A stretch of DNA of 62,555 nt, counting the filler, from Asterionella formosa (Eukaryota), in the NCBI GenBank assembly GCA_002256025.1. It is 5 parts of 5 records of this genome, joined end to end, with 100 filler letters (N's around TTAATTAATTAA, not from the genome) between each part and the next. Parts side by side here need not be neighbours in the genome. Positions count along the whole stretch, not along the records: positions 25,093 to 37,523 come from NKIB01007538.1; positions 37,624 to 50,045 come from NKIB01007541.1; 3 more parts are not named here. One strand, 5' to 3'. The notes below the pieces were generated by a model. That model was not told the origin of the DNA. It ran no database searches and saw only the letters and a list, made by a program, of their open reading frames with translations. Of this stretch, positions 36,954-50,045 are shown in pieces (the stretch's first letter is position 1; every line of letters begins with the position of its first letter). The translations under genes and the position numbers were made by a program.

Positions 36954-39900
36954 TGTCGTCTTGAATGTAATGAGAGTGGTCTATTGTTTATTCGAGATAC
37001 TTCTTTGGTTTATTCGAGCGACTTTCTTGTTCGTGTTCAAACTCCTTTTCTTGTCGTCGCGGTGATTGAAAAGTAATAGTGTCTCTACGACTTGCTTGTC
37101 GTAGAACTCTACGCAACTCATTCCTCCTATTACTAGGTGTCATGTTAGTCTAGCATTCTTAAGTGCGTCTATTCTATATACCAATAGTTATCTCTTAGCA
37201 TTAATAGCTGCAGGTACATAATGCAATATGTATTATGGGCTATGTAGTATATAGCATCACGTACTAATTATGATCAATCCCGTGTACATGTATGTGTACT
37301 ACATATGGGTACCAGTAAAAAACTGCTGTGACCCACTAAAAAATATTTGGAACCGCTGTGACCCACTGAACAGGAGAAAAACACGGTTTGACCCTCCCAA
37401 ATGCAGATTTGTTAATTTTAAAACTTCGATCCCAATCTTGAGCATGTACGCTTTAAGGCTATGTCATTAGATATAAGTTTATAGCAATTGGTTTCTCCTA
37501 AAATATTGGTTGAAAAGTGCAATNNNNNNNNNNNNNNNNNNNNNNNNNNNNNNNNNNNNNNNNNNNNTTAATTAATTAANNNNNNNNNNNNNNNNNNNNN
37601 NNNNNNNNNNNNNNNNNNNNNNNTCACATGAAACCGTTAAAAGTAATCTTTTTTACGTGAAGAGTGGCATTAATGCATGTGAAGTACCACATAATTAACA
37701 CTCATACGTAGACGAAATTTCGAAAAGTGGCGTATTTCGCGTCTTAGATGTATATAATGACGTATTTATCCATTATAGAGGTTTCACTACTTTCGATCGA
37801 TTGGTACAACTAAACACTGAAATACTCATTTCAATCCTCTTATTAGACATCTTATTAGATGCTCCAGATGTTAATGAGAGGCGGGGGATCATGATTGGAC
37901 AAACAATTCAGCCAGATTCCATTGAAAACAGAAGATATGAATGTATATAATGACGTATTTATCCATTATAGAGGTTCAAATCGGTATATTAAAATATCTT
38001 AATACTGTAGAATTAATTTATGTTCTACAGGGAAGACAGATTGCAACATTTCATAATAATAATTATGAAATCACAAAAAAGTATAATGTAGTTCTTGCAA
38101 ATGTTGATATATTGATCTAATGTTGTGTTATGTTGATGATATTTTTGATATATCAATGACCGTGTTGGTGGTGTCAATCAAATTTGTTTGTCAGATTACT
38201 TTCTTACACACGTCAGGTTAAACATAGTTAGAAGTCATATATATTAGTTATCAAAACTAATATGCTTATCAAATGTTTTGATATATTGATACGTTGTTTG
38301 ATTGATCAATAGTTGTTGCTCTTTGATCAATTATTGGTTTAGCAAAGGTTATGACTTTACACAGATCACCTTACGTGTATGTAAACCTTGTACCCAACGA
38401 TGCTATTAGAATGAATTCTTTGCAACAACGGTGCGTTCCTTGTTGCCATTCCGATTTGAATGCTCTACCGGGGGTACATGCTTTGATCCAATTCTTGTAC
38501 CGGTAGTATTCGTCATAATCTTTCCATTCGCATATCAGTAATCGAATTTCTTACAAACCATGTGCGTTTGTTGAATCCCTTACGAGCTACCTTCTTGCGG
38601 GGAAGACGATGATCTCAGTCTTATAACGAATGATATGGTCTCGATATTGATGGGGAATTATGCTGGCGAAGTTTGATTGTTTGTTTGTTACTCGAAATCA
38701 AAAGCTTTGGTCAATTTATAAGACTAAATTGAAGAACGATGCATTGAAGGCCATACCCGATTCCAATTCCAACCGAAATCAAGAAGATAGTACCTTTTGA
38801 TCATAATTCGCCCATTGCGAACATCGATCCGTATTTCGAATCTGTTCTTCAAGATGAGATGTGGATCAAAGTGAAGATGGACCAGATGGCGGCGCAGTTT
38901 GTTGCTCTTGGCCTTAATCAGCATGGGTCTTCCATTCTCATTGACTAGCTACTGGCGATTGGCGAGCACGTGGTTTGTATGCAGCAGAATCAGAGCCGCA
39001 ACATCACTAATCAGGAAGTAGCTTCATTTCATTCAGGAAATAGTAGCACCACATGAACCTTGAATAGCAGGGGGTTCGAAATAACAATTGTAACTTTGCT
39101 AAATAACATTGTACTCTCCCATTGTTTTAAGAAATCTCTTTATCGGCAACATCAGAGGCACTAAATAGGACAGCATAACCCCATTGCCACACATATACTA
39201 CTTTCCACAAAGTGACCGCTTTATATTTATAGCGTAAATACTATACACAGTGTAGCTTGTCCCACACATAAATTCTCGCCACTCCAAAGAAGAAGTGTAA
39301 AATATTTATGAGGGTACCAGAACCATTATTCAATCAATAGCTGATTCCAATGTTGTACAGCAACAATGGTTGTTGAAATGAGTCCAATGATGTTGATAAA
39401 CTTCTCTGTTGTTGGGGCGTTTCAAATGATCCCAGTATTTTTACTAATATTGTTGGTGCTGGTATTGAAACAGAAGAAAAGAGGAACAAGCTTCTGTGCA
39501 CCATTACGGCTACATATGAGAAGCATCGCCAAAATTGGGAAACTTTTTTTCCTGACAAGCCGATGGAATTAGTCATACCTGTCATTCCGAATAAAGATCA
39601 CTGACTTTGTGTATTCTCCGTTTATGCATTGACACAGGCGAGTGAAAACGAAATAGTTGATGCCACCAGTTCATCTTCTCCCAATACCATTCCAAGAAGT
39701 GAAGATTGTGTTGCTTGTATGCCCGTGGTAGATCTTGTTTCTACTTCCTCAGAGCGTGGTCTAATTGTGTCTATCGAATCTGATAGACTTGATATAAAAT
39801 CTCCCCCTTCCAAAGCAAAAGCAAAATGTAAATTAAAGGCAACTCCAAACATGGTTGCCAATCCGGAAGAAGCAGTCCATGACTTGTCACCAAAGAGTTC

Positions 39901-40449
39901 CGAAATTGTAGGAGTAATTGGGAAAGTAAAAGATAAGTGATTTATCCTGTAAGGTTAAATCATTATTAAAATTATTTGATGAAGGAATTCATAAAAATTT
40001 ATGCGAAAGAGCGAGGAGAAGTGAGAAACACATCAATTAATTGTATCGAAAAAATCGATAAAGGGAAATGGAGCAGCTGCGCTGTTTCGGGATATGGCGA
40101 CAAATTGGAATGTTTCAACGATCACCTTTATAGTGTTTCACCCTCTTTTTTTGTGGAAAGCATGTCCTGCCCATTCTGCGTGAATTGCCAAGTATTTGAT
40201 ACACCTTTCCGGTTCCCACTTCCGTTGGTTTGGGAGTCACATAAGCTTTACTAGAATACATACTCTCGCTACTGTATAATTTGTCGGCACTCTCGAACAG
40301 TAGGTTTTTCCCTACCAGTATTGTGGTATTCCTCATGCCATTGATGAATTTTTTCGTTTTTGACGGTTACTTTACTATGGCTGATACTAACCGTTGACCC
40401 AAACCAAAACCCAAAAACTTATTTTTGGATTGGTTTTTATGAAATTAGA

Positions 40450-41751
40450 TCATAAGTTATACCACCCTGTTCCATCATGTTGCAATAAGAATGACGAACA
40501 TTTCTGGTTACGACCACATATTGATCCATCAGTGTGTATGTTGTTATCCTGTCGTAACAGTTTGGCGACAGAGTATCCATTTCTTTGCTTTATAGCTGGT
40601 GACAAATAGAAATGAATCTGTAGAGCACAATTTTTTAAACTATTATCCAAAGCTCCTCCATAGACTATATCTCCACACATGAGAAAGATGATTTTGAATG
40701 GTATGGACAAATGTATTGCATGCTTCTCATCTGCACAATTATCCCATATATTTAAACAGTTCCCTCATAAAGACAAGGACATTACCATTCCCCAAGGCAT
40801 AGAAGTTTCCCTTTCGCATTCTGTCGGTGTATAATCTTGGTGTGGTTTCTGAGGTTTTGGGTAGCCATTCCTTTCAGAATTGATGAACAACATAGTGGCA
40901 GTGTGTGGTATAACTCTGAAGCTATTGCCGGAGACATCATCATCAGAACCTGGTAGTAACAAGCACTTTATCATAGGCCAAAATGTTTTTACATTTGGCA
41001 GATCCAGCTTTGAATATTTTAAGCTGTCAGTATAATTCTTGAAAGGAAACACTTGCATGGCTTTTCCTTCCATGGTATTTGCAAGTGCTTTATATGTTGC
41101 AGTTATATTGAATGTTTGTTTCAAAAAACGAATAGGAGGGTTATAGATTTTCTCGAAAAGAACAAACAGATTTCGCCATATGTAAAATTGGATTGTCTTT
41201 TTCTTCCGTTCCATAAAGCTTATCTGGAAGGAAAGATAAATTAAGGAAAAACAAGTGTTCTTGTTCAATTCCATCGATAACATAAAGGAAGTTATCTGTT
41301 CTCAGAACTGCTTTGATCAACCGTAATGAATCAGTGATGAAACATAGGAAATCGTCTATTACTGCTGCTGCATTTGGTGGCATATTGTTGTCTTTCTGAT
41401 AAAGTTTAAAATCTTGAGGATCATCGCTGGTCCTATATGTTTCCAAAATTTCCTTGAAGTTTCAAATGATGTTTTTTTAAACAAGCCAGACTCTAGGACC
41501 ACATAGAATTTGTTGAGAACAAAATCCAGGACACTGTCATCTAGTCTTGTCTCCTTGCCTTTGTCATCATGATCAAAGTATCTAACCAGTAAGAGTTGTT
41601 CCTTACTCTTCCGTTGTCTCGTGAACAGACATGAAATACACCATAGAAACAGGTTTTTCATGATTGAAAAATCTGCGATCGGTATCCCCTTCACAGCCAA
41701 GATCATTCCATTCCTTGTAGCACTCGGAAAATTTGCCATTCCAGATAACAA
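40450..41751 (-). pseudogene. Degenerate gene with C-terminal 2OG-Fe(II) oxygenase-like (PhyH-like) domain
   Basis: QKPHQD (HxD)...PWGMVMSL*...FLMCGDIVYGG (distal H position is Y)...QIHFY. Broken by stops and frameshifts. Confidence 0.55.
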
Positions 41752-41926
41752 GTGATATATTGCACTATCGACAGCGTGCGAATGTCAAGTTGTCAAGAGA
41801 AACGTGACTGCAACAGAACAAGGAAGCAGAAAGGGATAATGGTCTGTCAACTATAGGATTAGACAGAGGGCGAGTGCTGGATCGGAAGCGATGCAGCACT
41901 GACATACTCAGTAATAGACATCAGAT

Positions 41927-42366
41927 TGGTAGGGCAAAGCTACAGTTTCAAAGCACCAGCATAGTAATAGGTACATTTTCACAGTAGTCACGTCATGTTC
42001 CGACCGGATATTGAGACAAAGGGGAAGAAGGGAATGCTGGTAGGGCAAACCTAAAAGTTCACAGTACCAGCGTAGTAATAGGTACAGTTTCACAGTAGTC
42101 ATGTCAGGTTCCAACCAGGTACTGAGACAATGGGAAGAAGGGAATGCTGGTAGGGCAAACCTACAGTCTCACAGTACTAACGTAGTAATAGGTATAGTTT
42201 CACTGTAGTCACGCCACATTCCAACCGGGTAATGAGACAAGGGAATGACGGGAATGCTGGTATGGCAAACCTACAGTTTCACAGTACCAGTGTAGTAATA
42301 GGTACAGTTTCACTGTAGCCACATCATGTTCCGACCGGTTATTGAAACAAGGGAAAGATGGGAATG
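41927..42366. repeat. ~110-bp tandem repeat x4
   Basis: Units start ggtagggcaaac at ~41927, 42039, 42149 and 42259, and are similar over their full length. Confidence 0.9.
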
Positions 42367-42599
42367 TGGAATTTTTATTCATAGATGTTGGTGCCTAGTA
42401 ATCTAACTAAGTTTATGCTCATACTACTTTCGACATAGTTTCTAAGTGACTCCAGCCATTCAGACCATCTAAGTTCTTGTTCAGTTTCTGGGTTTTTGGT
42501 TGGAGGCACTGTTGTGGTCATAGTCAAAAGTTTTCGTCGTTCTTAGTGCAACATGATGGAACAGGATGGACTAATTTATGAAATTTGTGATTGAAGGTT

Positions 42600-44615
42600 C
42601 AGATAAGGAATGTTTTAAATGTAATTGAACGCTATTAATTACTATTTATAAGATCACATCTTTTTTTGTGTGAAATGTCTGAATGGCCGCCAACTACTAT
42701 CGCCAAGTTCCTCATGCTCTTCTTGTTCGAAGTCAAGGAGGTTGGTAGAATTTATGATCTTGGATGTATCCAAAGGTATGGGATCATTCCTTACAAAAAA
42801 AATGTTCTTGATTGTAATTATCCCAGTCATGCGTTGTCAACTCTTGAAAACAAAAATAGTCTTGCCTACCTTTAATGTTGGGCTTACCCTCACTGTTTGA
42901 TATTTGTTCCTTTTCGATTGCGTTCTGTTGTTCAATATCAACAAGAAGCTCTCTGTAGTACTTCAGTGTTTCATTATTCCAGCAAAACGTCAACCAATTG
43001 ACTCTGCATGAACTGTTTCCATTAAGGTTGTTGCGTCCCTTTGCAGCTCCGCCAACCAAAACAATTTCTTCATAAGTAGTGGCGTTAAGGAACTGTTCAG
43101 GAATATCAGTATCTTCATCCAGATACTGAAAATTTTTCAGGGTGCTGTTAACTAGAAATTTACCGCGAACACTCAGGAAAGTATAGGTCTGCCTCTGTGC
43201 TGGGATGAATGGAATCAGCAACATGGGGACCATCAAGAAGACACTTTCCTTACTTGCTGATCCTGTGCTTGAAGGATCTTACTGGACCCAGTAAGTAATG
43301 ATCGTGACTCTTGATTCCTGTTCGGAAGAAGCTAATAGGAGGAAAGCCCAGTAGTATTTGGAGGAACGATCACAAGTGTCCAGGTGAACAAACTGGTACA
43401 GAGAAGTAACCCAAAAAATAAAATCGGATATATTAAACTCCGTAAAGTTGGTTTCGGTCACACCAACTAACAAAGAGAAGAGAATAAGCAAACAAATAAA
43501 ATTAAAAAACACACAATAAGGAATCCAAATAAACTTACTCAAAACTGAACGAATGAAATGGTTCAATGTCAATTTGAAGTAATGAATAAGTTTAATACAC
43601 ATTCCTCCACCAAATGTACGGTCAAAGTACTTTTTTCTTTCCTTAGCACTTCTTACAGATAGGAAATCGGTTCCTCTATGAGAAACTTTTTCAACACCAT
43701 TCCAGATGAAATTGCAATCCGCCAAATCAGAATCATCCTTAACGGCAAGAGCGATTTCGGGATGACGTTTCAACAAGAACGAAATGCACAATCTTGCATA
43801 CCAATGACTTGTTGGACTTGATATTACAATACTACTTGGCACACATGTTTCAGCAGGATGTTTGTAAGACTGTTAGGACAATGAAAGTAAAAATGGTCGG
43901 TAACAATATCAAAAACAAGGTGATTCGAGGAGATTTAAATGTGTACATGAACTTAACTTGGTGTTACAAAAGTTTCTAGTACTATGAAATATTTCACTAG
44001 CATGAGAGGAGGTTATCAATGCAACTATATCCCTTTGTCTTGTATAAACAGTAGTGGCAAGGCTGGAATCTTTGTATCCACTGATAGAAGAGTTATTTAG
44101 GGAAATTTTGTGTTCCAATAGGGCAATCTTATTATGAAGTTGTTGAACATAAACCAACAACGGATAATGATGCTTCTGATCAATCACTGTCTCACGACTA
44201 AGGCGGAACTGTGATATATATTTGAGATCGTCGCCATTATCGAGATGTAAGTCCATAATATTTGTCTTTGGATTATCAGTGACTGGTGAATCGGCACTCC
44301 TTCCTTGAATGGGTGCATAAAAAGGCGGCTCCTTCTTGTTACCAGGAGAGGAAAGTTCTGACAAAATATCATCATTGTCAGAATCTGAATCTTGATGATG
44401 ATCTCGCTGCTTTGTTGAAGCAGTTGTATTTGTTACAGACTCTTTGTACTCATGAGACAATTTCGTTGCAGGAGTAACCAAACGCCTGCTATGTTTGACA
44501 TGAATAGGAAGTTTTTTTCCCGAGTCTTTTCATCCTGGTTACTGTTGCGGTACTTCTTCTGAGACAAGTTATCAACTCTAGAATTATCGCTTCTTTTTAT
44601 TCCTCTACCGGACAT
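42600..44615 (-). pseudogene. Degenerate, probably spliced gene of unknown function (possibly TE-associated)
   Basis: Collinear minus-strand ORF pieces (44433-44615, 43909-44481, 43279-43842, 42784-43236) with protein-like composition. No recognised domain. Confidence 0.45.
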
Positions 44616-45254
44616 GACGATAACAATGTACAGGAGTGAAGGTAAACGGGCTGTTGATGCATTAAAATCAAAGAATGAAACAATAATAAAAGAGAAAAGT
44701 CTGAGATTACTTTTGGCGCACCAAGATTAAAAAGGGAGTTGGTCTCTTAGATCATACAGAAATGTTAATTTATCATTCACTACCTATTTGATAATCTGAG
44801 TACTTCGGCATTGTATCATAATAAAGCACTTCAAGTGTTTTGAATCATGTTCAAATACCTACCAGTAGTATTGATCAATACCGTAGCCAAACTTGAACGT
44901 TAGAACAGTACCGACAGGAACATAGACGAAATGTACGGTACTCCCTAGTACCAGGGTAGTTCCCGCTTGGATAACGGTGACGTAGTTCCAGTATTCCTCC
45001 ATCATGTAAGTACCAGTAAAATTTGACAGTATGTATATGTACCTATGATACATGGTGTCCACTGTCCACTAAATAAGATATGATAACTGCAAGTATATCG
45101 GGTACCGTATTCGAATTTCTGTGAAGTGTTGTATATTTCATCTAATCATACATACTAGGTACTAGGGTATTAAATGTTCCTTCAAAAAAGTTACTAGACA
45201 TACAGAGATGTATGTTATACACACTTTTTGAAGAAGAGGAAATGTTGAGATATT

Positions 45255-47237
45255 GTTTAAGAAATCATACCGGCAATGCGTTCTATTCCACATAACAAAC
45301 TGATGAGGGAATGGTGAAGGAGAGCATTCTACCGGTATCAAGCCAACCGGTGGGAAGAGGTAAGTTATATGATTTTTTTGCTTCACAACTGTGGCTACCA
45401 AGGGGCTTATGATCGGTACCATGTGAGACCGGAAGCAAACTATAAAATTGTATCGCTGTTCATGTTTGCTTCTGCCACTCAAAGTCTCTATATTTCCTCA
45501 GGACGAACGATAAAAATCAACCTAATTATGAGGTAAGAAACCGCACTTAATATGTTTGTGCACAATGCTGCAGAGGGTTTGTAGTGTCTGTGTCCAATAA
45601 TTAGGATTTCGACATTAATAAAATCTTTCCCTTCCATATATGCAGATGTGAGGGTTAACAACGCTACCCTGTCACCCATCAATCAACAGTGAGAGCGTAG
45701 GAAAGTTTCTATACTCTCATTTGATGCTCGTTATGTCTATTGGAACATGAAGTTACTATATAGATTGTTGATGTCATCAGTTTGTGGCACATGTGTAGCT
45801 GGAGATGCTTTAATCGTTGCAACACTTTTGCTAACATTGATATTATCTCCTCAAAATCATACAGGAACCTTGGAGAATGTGGCTTGCTACCATTCTTAAT
45901 GGAAGCAACAATCAACCATGAGAGCACAGGTAAGTAATATGCACATTGTCTTGCCTGCTAATACGGAAATTGGAGTGATGGATTGTTCATGTGATTGTTT
46001 CGTTAGACATATCTTCGTTTAGATGCCTTGCTTACTTGATGCAAACACAGTTTTGCTAACATTGTTGTTATTATCTCTTACAGGGAAGTTGACAATAACA
46101 TTGGAGAATGTGACTTGCTGCCATTCGCAATGGTAAAGGTTCGAATAAAGCATCCTCATCAATTTCGTTTACTCTCTCATTTCATTTTGAAAAGGTAATG
46201 ATCTAAACATAGCTACCGGAAGTGAAAATTAAGGTATTGAAGACCACTGTGTGCTCATTCTGATAGAGGATGCACAGTGGAAAGTATGGGTGACCAGAAG
46301 TAGAATAATTGAGTATTAAATTGCAATCCATTTAATTGGATTTGTGTTCATCATTGATCGAACATGATAATAGGTTTGATCAAGGAGAGAAATTACTTAG
46401 ATCAGTAGTAATGAACGTTAGATCAAAAACTAATATTTCTATTTGATATTAGCATTCCAAAGGTTAGACCGAATGAATAACTGATTTGATCTCACGATTA
46501 CTATCTTTAGATCGAACACCAAAAGGTTAGTTGAAAATAAGAGTGAGAGTTCTGTAATGATCATAAGCATAATTGTATGATCTATTGATTTGAAACAAAT
46601 TGATTTTTATATGATGAGTGTTTACTAAATGTGCTTCATTATTAATGTTACAAATGCAATCGATTAGATATTACATAATATGCATGTGATTTATACTAAG
46701 CATATGTAAGATCAATGCAACAATATGAATCAATCAATCAGGTTTTTTGTATGATCAATCAGTTTTTTTATATGATCAATCAAAAAATGGTACGTCATAC
46801 TGAGAATTTTTGGGGCAGTGGGTCTTACAGCAAAACTGTTAGGCATAACGGTTTTTTATTTATCGACATCCCTCTCAAGTCAATTCTAGGTCAATAGCCA
46901 AATTTTCAATCAAAGCATCAATCTTGCTGTATTGATCATAAGCATATCGTATGATCTATTGATTTGAAACTAATTGATATATATACATACGTTGAGTGTA
47001 TACTAAATGTGGTTACAAATGCAATCGATTACATATTACATAATATGCATGTGATCTATGCTAAGCATACGTAAGATCAATGCAACAATAATAATTAATC
47101 AATCAGTTTTTATGTTTGATCAATCAGTATTTCTGTATGATCAATCAGTTTTTTTGTTTGATTGATCAAAAAATGGTATGTCATACTGAGAATTTTTGGG
47201 ACAGTGGGTCTTACAGCAAAACTGTTAGGCCTAACGG
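45255..47237 (+). mobile_element. Non-autonomous repeat element, copy A (3' terminal ~300 bp tandemly duplicated)
   Basis: Inverted homolog at 57642-59165. Termini ...tgttaggc(a/c)taacgg at 46851 and 47237, with GATCAAT-rich subterminal repeats. Confidence 0.8.
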
Positions 47238-47884
47238 CCTTCATTTCAGGAAATGTATGCATATGAATATTTACATGTTTTTAACTATGGAGAAGACAAT
47301 AGGAATGATGTTTTGATCAATGGAAGTGTGCAGTGCCAAAAGCGCCATCATCCTGTCTTCATATCTAAGTAAATCGATTAGTTGTGTGTTCATTTGTGGA
47401 GATAGGAATATGGGATTTACGGTAGTTGAATAAAGCATTGATTAATCGTTTTTCTCTGTTTCTGTCAACACTGGCTTTTTTCATCATGCAATCAGCATCA
47501 GTATATATCGTGATCCACTTATCCTTTGATACTACTATCCTGGATCCTAAGGTTCTTCCTGGACAACACTTTAAATACAAAACACCAAATAATCTTCCAG
47601 TCATTGACAATATATCATGCGATAATATTGTTGGTCCTTGTACTAGGCGCTATTATCTATTTAAGCAGCTATTATCATGTTGCTGTTCTTTTGTACAAAT
47701 AAAGCAATAGAGTAGTGATTATGAGTAGCTGGAGAATCCTGCATCATGCTGTCACAACCTTGACCACGACAAAAAGACAAATTAACTCCACGAAAATTTA
47801 GAATGATGCTTTGCTACTTGCTACAAATATTGAGCACAACATCGAAAATACAATGGTAAAAGAAGAGAGGTACACAGGAAAAAA

Positions 47885-48532
47885 AAAGTACCCTGTATTG
47901 GTAAAATTTAGTACATTTTTAACCAGTTTTTGTCCTCCAAATCCAGGCATACCTTGTATTGGGCGTTGCAACGTTATCCGGTACAAGTTATTGGTCATTT
48001 GATATTTTTCCCAAAACAAGGTTATTACCATTCCAATAAAAGGTTGACCTTGTATTGGCAAAAGGTCGGTGTGTCAACTCCAAAAAAGGTGAAAACAACT
48101 CTGGGTATCACTCCAATTCAAGGTTTTCCTTTCTATTTGTCTCAACAATATCATCCGATATAAGGTTTTCCCTGTATTGGGCTCTATTCATTTACCTGTA
48201 CAATGTGGCTACATTTTACAATTCAAGGTCGCCCCTGTATTGGGTTTTGGATTTACTACATCACATTCCAATACTATGTCACAAGTTCCAGTACAAGGTG
48301 ACAATATTTTGCAATTCAAGGTTGCCCCTGAATTGGGATTTGACAGGATTATCCCAAAACTGTAAATTGTTTCGTAAATTAGTTATTGGGTCCAGATCAA
48401 GGTCCACCTTGTATGATGGGCATTGTCCAAAACAAGGTATACCTTAAATTGGAATTGATGATCTGATTGGTTAACCAATACAAGGTAGATGCAAAATGGT
48501 AAAACCAATACAAGGTACACCTTGTATTGGAC
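47885..48532. repeat. Array of CCAATACAAGG / CCTTGTATTGG motifs in both orientations
   Basis: More than a dozen degenerate copies, several arranged as dyads with a 4-bp spacer. Confidence 0.8.
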
Positions 48533-48836
48533 AGTAAACCATATTTTGGAGAAACTATTCATATCTTCGGGAAAAAACTCTGGTCATTTCATAGAATAAG
48601 TAATACAAAAGTTGGGGTCTTTACTCCAAAAAGAAAATATGTGTAAAGACTTGCCTCAATCTGGTGGCTCATAATATCATTGAATAATGCTACAGTCTGC
48701 ACAAGCTTGCTTCAGCCCAAGACATCGAGGATGCTAAGTCTGGTGTGTGTAGATACTTGATAGAGCATATGCTAATAAAGATGAAATTTTTTGACTTCGA
48801 CAATACTATCAGAAGAGTACAAACAATTCAGAATCA

Positions 48837-50045
48837 TTATCCTACTAGCGAGCGAGGTTGATGGCCACCATGCGTTTGTGAATAACGTAGATGTGCCTTC
48901 AACCTTGACAGTTTTTCTCTTGTTGTCTCAAGTTGGTTTGCCATTAGATGGGCGACTTGCGCTTTTTGAGATAGTGACTTTATTTCAGTTGCTTTGGTTG
49001 CCCAGCGATGAAAGGCTTTGCTGAGAGCTGCAGTATCACGCCTCTCTATAAATGAACACAACATTCGTGCTCCAAGAGCTCTTGTAGGGACTTTTCTGTC
49101 GTTGGTATGAAGTTCAAATGGATCAATGATGGCTTCTGGGATATCGTCGTCTAACGATTCTCCTTCCACCTGAGTCTCACGATTCTCGACTTGGAAGGGG
49201 TGAGATGCAACTTGCACCTGCTCTGACAATGCGTACTGTGACTGTACACACATTTCAGGTCTTACTTGATTTGTTGCCTCCTCAAGGTTTGGTTGGTATT
49301 CCAAGCAGTGTGGCCTCAAAAGTCCTTTTGACTCACTAGAGTCGCACTGTGACATTGATTGAATATCAGTAGATAACTTGTACTCGGCCTCTTGGGTAAG
49401 GAGCATCATTCGAAGGTCAATTATCTCGTTTTCTTGCTGAAGACATTTAGATTCCAAATCTCTTGTACGTTTGGTAAGGTAGGCAACTTTTTCTCGGAGA
49501 CCTTTTACTTCACCTTCTCGCTCATCAGATGCAGTCTGGCGTTTTCGATCCTGCTTCTCAAATCGAATCAAAATTTTGTTCACTGATTCGAATTTCAGAC
49601 AGACTTCCTCCAGTTCTTCGTTCTTTCGCTGTAGCTGCTCCCTTAGTCGAGTCAATAAGGCTTCAGTCTTTACATGAGCTTCCATCAGAACTTGGTAAGC
49701 AATCTCCGAATTTTCCTGTGATGCTCTCGAGGTAGTAACGACATCATGTAATGACTTGACACTACACGAAAGGGTGTCATTTAATTGTTCTTGCTCAATG
49801 AAAATGGTGTCTAAGTATTTCACCCTGTCATCAAGGCCCTTCAATTTAGCATCAGTATCCTGATATTCTGATTTGGTTATGGACAGCAGCACTTCCAGTT
49901 CCGCAACCTTGGTTTCAGCCTCCTTCAAGGAGTCTTCAAGATGCTTTATCTTCACTGCTGTATTTTCCTGATGTTCCGCTACCTTGGTTTCGGCCTCCCT
50001 CAACGAGTCATCAAGATTTTTCATCGTTACTGATTTGACTTCCTG
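48837..50045 (-). CDS. Long coiled-coil protein, 3' part (5' end in gap)
   Basis: 395-aa E/K/L-rich ORF with a 24-aa repeat (KxLxDSLxEAETKVAE) running into the gap. Confidence 0.7.
   Translation of the reverse strand, partial: QEVKSVTMKNLDDSLREAETKVAEHQENTAVKIKHLEDSLKEAETKVAELEVLLSITKSEYQDTDAKLKGLDDRVKYLDTIFIEQEQLNDTLSCSVKSLHDVVTTSRASQENSEIAYQVLMEAHVKTEALLTRLREQLQRKNEELEEVCLKFESVNKILIRFEKQDRKRQTASDEREGEVKGLREKVAYLTKRTRDLESKCLQQENEIIDLRMMLLTQEAEYKLSTDIQSMSQCDSSESKGLLRPHCLEYQPNLEEATNQVRPEMCVQSQYALSEQVQVASHPFQVENRETQVEGESLDDDIPEAIIDPFELHTNDRKVPTRALGARMLCSFIERRDTAALSKAFHRWATKATEIKSLSQKAQVAHLMANQLETTREKLSRLKAHLRYSQTHGGHQPRSLVG

Noticed and set aside
41927..42366. Regularly spaced repeats as a possible CRISPR array
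   Set aside because: Units are similar along their whole length with no unique spacers, there are no cas genes, and the context is eukaryotic.
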